Shown piece by piece: positions 34,906 through 41,578 of a stretch of DNA of 41,578 bases. How positions within the stretch are numbered: the stretch's first letter is position 1; each line of letters begins with the position of its first letter. The stretch is from positions 1-41,578 of the forward strand of contig QHSV01000252.1 of assembly GCA_003221655.1 (NCBI GenBank), in the 5' to 3' direction. The translations under genes and the position numbers were made by a program. The DNA comes from Candidatus Rokuibacteriota bacterium (GTDB taxonomy: Bacteria > Methylomirabilota > Methylomirabilia > Rokubacteriales > CSP1-6). The notes beneath the pieces are model-generated. The model was not told the origin of the DNA and did not search any database. It saw nothing but the letters and a program-made list of their open reading frames with translations.

Positions 34906-36015
34906 TCAGTGGCGCGTCCACTCCTTCAGGAGCGTCTCGTCCATCTCCACGCCGAGCCCTGGGCCGTCGAGCGCCAGGATCGCGCCGTCGGCGTACTGCA
35001 CGGGCCGGCGCACCACGTCGCCCGTGAGGAGCAACGGGCCGAACAGCTCGCAGCCCCATGTCACCGGCGCCGCCGCCAGCGCCACCTGGAGGTACGCGGC
35101 GGTGCCGAGCGACGTCTCGATCATGCAGCCGACGTAACAGCCCATGCCGGCCGCTTCGGCGATGCGCGCGATGGCCATGGTGCCGAGAATGCCGGCCGAC
35201 TTCGTGAGCTTGAGGGCGAGGATACTCACGCCGCCCAGGCGCGCGATGGCGAGCGCGTCGTGGAGCGAGCAGCAGGATTCGTCGGCCATGACCGGCACCC
35301 TCACGGCTCGCGCGATCTCGGCCAGGCCCTCTCGATCCCAGCGCGCCACCGGTTGCTCGACGAAGTCCAGGGCGTAGGGCTCGAGCGCGCGGATGGCCTG
35401 GAGCGCCGTGGCTCGGTCCCAGCCCTGGTTGGCGTCGACGCGGAGGGAGACGTCGGGGCCGACGGCCTCGCGCAGTCGCCCGACTCGCGCGACGTCGCGG
35501 GCGACCGGATGCGCGCCCGTCTTGATCTTGAAGATGCGATGGCCGAGCGCGATTTTCTCGCGCGCCTCCGCGACCTCGGCCTCCGCGCTCTCGACGGCGA
35601 GCGACCACGAGAGCGGCACGCTCTCGCGCATGCGGCCGCCGAGCAGGCGGTGCACGGGAACGCCGAGGGCCTTGCCATTGAGATCCCAGAGCGCCATCTC
35701 GACGGCGGCGCGCGCGAAGGGATTGCCCTGTACTCGCCGCGCCATCTCGCGGCTCAGCGCCTCGATCCGGGTGGCGTCGCGGCCGGCGAGCCACGGCGCG
35801 ATGTAGCGCTCGATCGTGACCGCGACCGACTCCGACGACTCTTCGCTCCACGTCGGCCCGCCGAGGCACGCGGCCTCTCCCCAGCCCGTGAGGCCGTCCG
35901 CCGTCTCGACGCGCACGAAGGCGAAATTCACCGCCGCGAGCGTCGTGAAGGACATCTTGTGCGGGCGTTTCACGGGGATGTCGGCGAGGGTCACGCGGAC
36001 GTCGGCGATCTTCAC
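34906..36015 (-). CDS. Muconate cycloisomerase-like enolase-superfamily enzyme
   Basis: GWGEA, AAVEMALWDL, FKIK, RVDAN, EQP, MADES, GCELFGP; GTG start at 36015. Confidence 0.88.
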   Translation of the reverse strand: MKIADVRVTLADIPVKRPHKMSFTTLAAVNFAFVRVETADGLTGWGEAACLGGPTWSEESSESVAVTIERYIAPWLAGRDATRIEALSREMARRVQGNPFARAAVEMALWDLNGKALGVPVHRLLGGRMRESVPLSWSLAVESAEAEVAEAREKIALGHRIFKIKTGAHPVARDVARVGRLREAVGPDVSLRVDANQGWDRATALQAIRALEPYALDFVEQPVARWDREGLAEIARAVRVPVMADESCCSLHDALAIARLGGVSILALKLTKSAGILGTMAIARIAEAAGMGCYVGCMIETSLGTAAYLQVALAAAPVTWGCELFGPLLLTGDVVRRPVQYADGAILALDGPGLGVEMDETLLKEWTRH

Positions 36016-36019
36016 CGGG

Positions 36020-37180
36020 TCACTCGGCGTCGGCGGTCGCTTCGTGGGCCGCCCCCGGACGGTCGAACCGGCTCGGATCGAACAGCGAGAGGTCGAGGGA
36101 AGGCTTGCCGTCCAGGATCCATTCCGCCACATAGCGGCCAGTGGCGGGCGAGTGCTGGAAGCCGTGGCCGCCGAATCCGACGGCCAGGAAGAAGCCCTCG
36201 ACACCCGGCGCCCACCCGATGATGGCGTGGTCGTCCGGCGTGAGCGGTCTGAGACCGGCCCAGCCGCCGGCGATGCGCGCGTCGCCGATGATCGGCAAAC
36301 GCAGGATCGCCTTCTGCACCGCCTCCTCCACCTTGCCCCAGTCCATCGGCACGTCGAAGTCCTCGCCGATGTCCTCGACGTCCCCCGGGCTCAGCAGCAC
36401 CTGCTCCAGCTCCTTCCTGAAGTAGAAGCCGCTGGTGACGTCGGTCGTCAGCGGCACGGGACCGGGAATCGCCGGGAACGGCTCGGTGAAGAAGATGTGC
36501 CGGCGTCTGGGGTGCACGGGCAGCTCGACGCCTGCCAGCCGCGCGACGCGCGCGGCGGACGGCCCGGCGGCGTTGATCACCAGGGGCGAAGCGATCGCTC
36601 CGGCCGAGGTCGTCACCCCGCTGGCCCGCCCCTGCGCCCGCTCGAGCGACGTGACGCGTACGCCCTCGACGATTTTCACGCCCAGCTCACGCGCGCGACG
36701 GGCAAAGCCGGCGGTGACCTCGGCCGGACCCGCGAGCCCGTCTCCGGGCCCCCACACCGCGGCGATGAGATCGTCCACCCGAAGGGCGGGCACGAGCTTC
36801 CGAGCATCGTCGGGCGTGATCACGCGCACGTCGGCCCCGAGCTTGCGCTGGAGCGCGATTCGCGTTTCGAATCCGCGGAGCTGCTTGGCGTCGGAGATGA
36901 GGAAGAGATAGCCGATCTTCTTGTAGCCGGGGTCGACGCCGAACTCGTCCTGGAAGCGCTCGAACACTCGGATCGCTTCCAGCGAGAAGCGGATCTCGGT
37001 CTCGGTGGGAAACTGGACGCGGATGCCGCCCGCCGCCTTGCTCGTGGTCCCCGAGCCGACCGTTTCGCGCTCCACCACGACGACGTCTGCGAGACCGCGC
37101 CGCGCGAGATGGTAGGCGATGCTGCAGCCGACGACACCGCCACCGATCACCACCGCGCTCGCTGTTCTCGGTAGGTCCAT
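36020..37180 (-). CDS. FAD-dependent amine oxidoreductase (sarcosine oxidase beta/DAO family)
   Basis: VIGGGVVG, GTTSKAAG, INAAG, WAGLRPLTPD, GFGGHGF. Confidence 0.9.
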   Translation of the reverse strand: MDLPRTASAVVIGGGVVGCSIAYHLARRGLADVVVVERETVGSGTTSKAAGGIRVQFPTETEIRFSLEAIRVFERFQDEFGVDPGYKKIGYLFLISDAKQLRGFETRIALQRKLGADVRVITPDDARKLVPALRVDDLIAAVWGPGDGLAGPAEVTAGFARRARELGVKIVEGVRVTSLERAQGRASGVTTSAGAIASPLVINAAGPSAARVARLAGVELPVHPRRRHIFFTEPFPAIPGPVPLTTDVTSGFYFRKELEQVLLSPGDVEDIGEDFDVPMDWGKVEEAVQKAILRLPIIGDARIAGGWAGLRPLTPDDHAIIGWAPGVEGFFLAVGFGGHGFQHSPATGRYVAEWILDGKPSLDLSLFDPSRFDRPGAAHEATADAE

Positions 37181-37270
37181 GGGGTCCTGGTGTCCCGTGC
37201 CGGGACGAGGAGCCCGATTGTACCGCGACTCGAGGGGACTCCGGGACAGGCAGCCGGGTGACCCGACGAT

Positions 37271-39193
37271 CTACGCTTTGGCGCCCGTCGTCTTCGTCGC
37301 CGCCACCACCTTCGCCGGCGTGAACGGGACACTGCGCAGCCGGACGCCGATGGCGTCGAAGACGGCGTTGGAGATGGCCGGGGCCGGCAACACGGCGCTC
37401 GGCTCGCCCACGCCCCAGGGCGGGTCGTTGGGCCGGTTGATCAGCTCCATGTGGACCTCGGGCACCTCGGGAAACCGTAAGATCGGATAGCTCGCCCAGT
37501 CGACGCTCGTCACCCGCGAGCGGTTCCACTTCAGCTCTTCCTTGAGCGTCCGCGAGATCGTCTGGATGACGTTGCCCTCGATCTGGGCGCGCACGCCGTC
37601 GGGGTTGATGATCTGCCCGCAGTCGTGCGAGACGAAGAAGCGCGTGCACCGGATCGCCCCCGTCTGCCGGTGGACCTCGACCTCCGCCACGCCGGCGCAG
37701 TAGGTGCGGGCGTTCTCGTACTTGACGTAGGCGAAGCCGCGCCCGCGGGCGATCGGAGCGGACTGGTCGCGCCGCGGCGAGGGCCGCGTCTCCCACTTGG
37801 CCAGGTTGGCCGCTGCACGCAGCACGGCGATGCCGCGCGGATCGCTGAGATAGCGTAGCCGGTACTCGACCGGGTCGACGCCGGCTGCCGCTGCGCACTC
37901 GTCGATGAACACCTCGTTGGCGTACGGTTGATGGCCTCCGTCTGCGGTATTCCGGCGTGCGTCGCCGCCAGCGTGCGGGGCCACTCCGTGATGTCCGCTT
38001 TTGGCACCCACAGCTCTGAGTCCCACCCGACGATGTTGCCCTGGGCGTCCAGCCCCGCCGAGATCTCGACGAGCGTGGGCGGGCCCTTCGGATCCCAGCC
38101 GTGCTCGTCCTCACGCATCCACTGCACGCGCACGGGCTTGCCGATCAGCTTGGCGATGAGCGCGGCGTCGCACGTCGCGTCCTCGTGACCGTTCCGGCCA
38201 TAGCAGCCGGCGCCGTCGAGGTACTGGATGTGGACGTCCTTGGAATCCATCTGGAGGGTGGCCGCGACCTCGCGGCGCAGCCAGTGCGGCGCCTGCGAGG
38301 GCGACCAGATCTCGGCGCGGCCGTCTTTCACGTCGGCCACGGCGCAGGCCGGGCCCATCGATCCGTGGGTATGGATGGCGAAGTCATAGGTGGCCTTGAG
38401 CGTCTTCGTGGCGCTGGCCATCGCCGCCTTCGGGTCGCCCTGGTTCACGGCGACGTCGTCCTTCGCGACCTTCGTGGCGCGCACGTGCTCCCAGAGCTTC
38501 GACATCTCCGGGAGCCCGTCCCACGAAGACCAGGTAGCCTTGAGCTGCTTGGCCGCCGTCACGGCGGCCCACTCGCTCTCGGCGAACCTTCGTGACGACA
38601 TCGGGCCGCGGCACCGACTGACCGACGACGGTGTGTTCGCTCGGTCTCTTCAGCGGCGCGGCCGGGTCGAGCTTCAGGTTGAAGGACTGGTCACCGATCA
38701 GCTCGGCGTAGGAGACGCGCCGGCTGGGCTCGGCCCGGACGAAGATGACCCCGTCCTTCACGGCGAGGTCCGCCGAGGGCGAGCCGAGGCGCTGCGCGGC
38801 CATCTGGATCAGCGCCTGACGCGCGGTGGCTGCGGCTTGCCGGAGCTGAACCCCGCCGATCTGGACGGAAAGGCTCCCCCACGTCGGCCCCTGGTCGGGC
38901 GTGAGCGCCGTGTCGCCTTCGATCAGCTTCACTTTGGCGAGCGCGACGTCCAGCTCCTCGGCCACCATCTGGGGCAAGGCGATGCGGATGCCCGTCCCGA
39001 TGTCCACCTTGCCCGTGTACATCGTGACCGCGCCGTCCTTTCCGACGGCGAGGAAGGAATCGACCTGGTCGAGCGCTAGCGGCTTCGTGGCCCCGGGGGT
39101 CTGGGCGAGAGCGCCGGGCGCCAGGCCGAACGAGACCACCAGCGCCCCGGCGCCGAGCAGAAACTCGCGGCGGGTCGTCTCGATCGTCGCCAT
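37271..39193 (-). pseudogene. Molybdopterin oxidoreductase large subunit (IorB/NicB-like, Tat-like leader) in three frame-shifted pieces
   Basis: TRREFL, TGKVDIGTG, AEEL, TWGSLS (piece 1); HGSMGP, GAGCYG, QWMREDE (piece 2); YANE, DPVEYR, DCGQIINPDG, GVGEP (piece 3); breaks near 38587 and 37925. Confidence 0.85.
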
Positions 39194-39194
39194 G

Positions 39195-39665
39195 TCAGGC
39201 CCCCTTGCCCATCAGCGCCGCGGCGCGCTTCACGGCGGCGATGATGCGCTGGTGCGTGCCGCAGCGGCAGAGATTGTTCTGGAGCGCCTGACGAATCTCC
39301 CGCTCGGAAGGATTGCTCTGCCGGGCCGCGAGGAAGGCGGTCGTCTGGATCACCATGCCGTTGATGCAGTACCCGCACTGGGCTGCCTGCTCCTCGATAA
39401 AGGCTTGCTGCACGGGGTGGGGCTTCTGCGGCGTCCCCAGGCCCTCGAGCGTCACGATCTTGCCGGGCCCGACTTTGCCGACGGCGTGGGTGCACGAGCG
39501 GACGGCCTTGCCGTCGATCAGGACACTGCACGATCCGCACTGCGCCAGCCCGCACCCGAACTTCGGGCCGTGCAGCCCGAGGTTGTCGCGAAGCACGTAG
39601 AGCAGCGGAGTGTCGGGCTCGACATCGACCTGGTGGGGCTTGCCGTTGACGTTGAGCGTTGCCAT
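39195..39665 (-). CDS. (2Fe-2S)-binding small subunit (IorA/CoxS-like)
   Basis: KFGCGLAQCGSC, QCGYC, NLCRCG. Confidence 0.93.
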   Translation of the reverse strand: MATLNVNGKPHQVDVEPDTPLLYVLRDNLGLHGPKFGCGLAQCGSCSVLIDGKAVRSCTHAVGKVGPGKIVTLEGLGTPQKPHPVQQAFIEEQAAQCGYCINGMVIQTTAFLAARQSNPSEREIRQALQNNLCRCGTHQRIIAAVKRAAALMGKGA

Positions 39666-39719
39666 ACGCCCTCCCTCTGGAATTTGCTGGGGGCGGACTC
39701 CGCACGGCTGATGGCGGGG

Positions 39720-39749
39720 ACTCTAGGCCGGCCTCACCCGTGAAGTCAA
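39720..39749 (-). promoter_or_regulatory. Sigma70-type promoter for the 2Fe-2S/molybdoenzyme pair
   Basis: TTGACT-18 nt-TAGAGT on the minus strand. Confidence 0.5.
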
Positions 39750-40147
39750 GGTGCTGAGCCCCCGCGAAGGCGCGTGATCAGCTCGCGGTCGGCCGGCGGG
39801 AAGTCGAAATCGCCGAGACGCTCGGGCGCGACCCAGGCCATGGTCTGCGCCTCGCGAGGCTCGATCGTCCCCGACTCGAGCCGGCAACGATAGAAATGGA
39901 TCACGACCGTCCGGTCGGGATACTCCCACTGGACGGTGTCGACCTTCTCGCCGACGACGAAGCGCGCCGACAGCTCCTCGGTCAGCTCGCGCCGGAGGGC
40001 CGTCTCCAGCGACTCTCCGGACTCGCGCTTGCCTCCCGGAAACTCCCAGAGGCCCGCGAGGTGCGACCCGCTGCGGCGCTGGGTGATCAGGTAGTGGCCC
40101 GTGTCGTCCCGCACCAGGGCCGCCACGACCTCGACGACGCTAGGCAA
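39746..40147 (-). CDS. mutT: MutT-like NUDIX hydrolase
   Basis: GLWEFPGGKRESGESLETALRRELTEEL Nudix box, FPPAD. Confidence 0.85.
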   Translation of the reverse strand: MPSVVEVVAALVRDDTGHYLITQRRSGSHLAGLWEFPGGKRESGESLETALRRELTEELSARFVVGEKVDTVQWEYPDRTVVIHFYRCRLESGTIEPREAQTMAWVAPERLGDFDFPPADRELITRLRGGSAP

Positions 40148-40799
40148 GCCCGTAGCTGGCGCAGAAGCGCTTCATGGGGCAGGGGGCACAGCGGGGCTTG
40201 CGCGGCGTGCACCACGTCGCGCCGAAATCCATGAGCGCCTGGTTGAAGTCGTAGCCACGCCCGCGCGGGACGAGCGCCGCGGCGAGGTCCCAGAGCGCCT
40301 TGTCCCCGCGGAGGCGCGCGAGGCGGCGCGGGCCCAGGAACACGCGGCCCAGCACGCGCCGCACGTTGGTGTCGAGGACCGCGGTGTCCTGGCCGTAGGC
40401 GAACGAGAGGATCGCGCCGGCCGTGTAGCGCCCGACGCCGGGGAGCTGCCGCAGCGCGTCCTCGCGATCGGGCAGGCGGCCGCCGTAGCAGGCGACGGTT
40501 TCGCGCGCGATCGCGTGGAGGCGAATCGGACGGATGTTGTAGCCGAGCGGGTACCAGAGGCGCCGCACGGCGCCGACGCGCGCCGCGGCGAGACGCTCGA
40601 GGGTTGGATAATGGCGCAGGAACTCGCGGTACTTCGGCACGACCCGGTCGACCTGCGTTTGCTGGAGCATGATCTCTGACACCAGCACGTGATACGGGTG
40701 CCGGGTCCGTCGCCATGGTAAATCGCGACCGTGCTCGGCGTACCACGCGAGCAGATGCCTCTGGAAACGGAGGATCGTCCGGCGCGGCGGCGGTCGCAC
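40140..40799 (-). CDS. mutY: A/G-specific adenine glycosylase, catalytic core only
   Basis: RDLPWR, VSEIMLQQTQV, LGY, LPGVGRYTA, DTNV, NQALMDFG, CTPRKPRCAPCPMKRFC; GTG start at 40799. Confidence 0.85.
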   Translation of the reverse strand: MRPPPRRTILRFQRHLLAWYAEHGRDLPWRRTRHPYHVLVSEIMLQQTQVDRVVPKYREFLRHYPTLERLAAARVGAVRRLWYPLGYNIRPIRLHAIARETVACYGGRLPDREDALRQLPGVGRYTAGAILSFAYGQDTAVLDTNVRRVLGRVFLGPRRLARLRGDKALWDLAAALVPRGRGYDFNQALMDFGATWCTPRKPRCAPCPMKRFCASYGLA

Positions 40800-40880
40800 G
40801 GCGCGCAGTCTAGCACGGCGCCTACGCGCCGGACGCAGCACCGGTCCCTGGGGCCACGGCGCGTCATGTAGAATGGCGGC

Positions 40881-41578
40881 ATGGCGAGTCACCTGCCGCT
40901 CCACGAGCGTCACGTCGCCGCGGGCGCGAAGTTCGCGAACGTCTCTGACTGGGAGTTGCCCGTCGCGTACGGAAACCCGGCCGAGGAGTACGCACTCGTG
41001 CGCCGCGGGGTAGGGCTCCTCGATCGTGGCGACTTCGGATTGCTCGAGCTGACCGGACGCGATCGCGGGGCGTTCCTCCACGCTCTCGTGAGCAACGAGG
41101 TCAAAGCGCTCGGGCCGGGACAGGGGTGCGCGACGACCTTGCTCGACGTCCACGGCAAGGTGCAGGTCGTCCTTTTCGTCTGGGTCGTCGACGATCGGAT
41201 CCTGGTCGTGACGCCGCCGGCCATGGCGCAGAAGATCGCCGAGGCGCTCGATCAGTATCTGTTTTCCGAGAAGGTGGCGATCCGCGACGTCTCCGGCGAG
41301 ACGGCGCTCTTCGTACTCGCCGGACCGAAGGCGCCGGAGACGAGCGAGCGGCTGACGGGCGCGCGTCCACCGGAGAGCCAGTGGTCGCACGCGGCCGGCA
41401 AGCTCGGCGACACCCCGGTGCGGCTCGTGAGCGGTGGCCGGGAGACGGGTGAAGCCGAGGTGTGGATCGCAGGCCCGGCGAGCGAGGCGCCGAGAATGTG
41501 GGATGCGCTTGTCGGCGCCGGCACGCGGCCGGTCGGGCTCGTGGCCTTCGACGCTCTCAGGATCGAGGCGGGGACGCC
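40881..41578 (+). CDS. GcvT/YgfZ-family folate-binding protein; partial at the window edge
   Basis: Manual translation MASHLPLHERHVAAGAKF...EEYALVR...LTGRDRGAFLHALVSNEVK...DALRIEAG; absent from the ORF track because no stop is reached. Confidence 0.88.
   Translation, partial: MASHLPLHERHVAAGAKFANVSDWELPVAYGNPAEEYALVRRGVGLLDRGDFGLLELTGRDRGAFLHALVSNEVKALGPGQGCATTLLDVHGKVQVVLFVWVVDDRILVVTPPAMAQKIAEALDQYLFSEKVAIRDVSGETALFVLAGPKAPETSERLTGARPPESQWSHAAGKLGDTPVRLVSGGRETGEAEVWIAGPASEAPRMWDALVGAGTRPVGLVAFDALRIEAGT

Noticed and set aside
1-41578. CRISPR array, tRNA, rRNA, prophage or defence genes
   Set aside because: No regularly spaced repeats, RNA gene signatures or phage/defence motifs were seen by eye; a covariance-model scan was not possible.

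Overview
High-GC, gene-dense bacterial chromosomal segment. Codon style and gene content suggest a soil lineage such as Ca. Rokubacteria/Methylomirabilota; this is inference only. It holds about 43 genes or gene fragments: housekeeping genes (ilvD, queG, def, pssA, mutY core plus mutT, a GcvT/YgfZ-like gene, a MesD-like methionine synthase), many orphan catabolic enzymes (two molybdoenzymes, UbiD, acyl-CoA ligase, TPP enzyme, amidohydrolase, muconate cycloisomerase-like, FAD oxidoreductases), a TctABC transporter and a Liv-type ABC transporter split into two convergent halves. Main signals: (1) a UGSC-motif selenoprotein hidden by an in-frame TGA with a SECIS-like hairpin, coupled to a partner of unknown function; (2) two paralogous small proteins plus two ArsA/Get3-like ATPases with reciprocally degenerate catalytic motifs; (3) a ~243-bp CTAG-bounded MITE-like element in two copies, each sitting on a TAG stop codon and containing a 37-bp stem with a compensatory change; (4) repeated -10 boxes 6-10 nt before start codons, suggesting leaderless mRNAs; (5) at least six abrupt deletion-type junctions that break otherwise intact genes and may be assembly artefacts. 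I saw no rRNA, tRNA or CRISPR array. All family calls are from motif recognition, not database searches.
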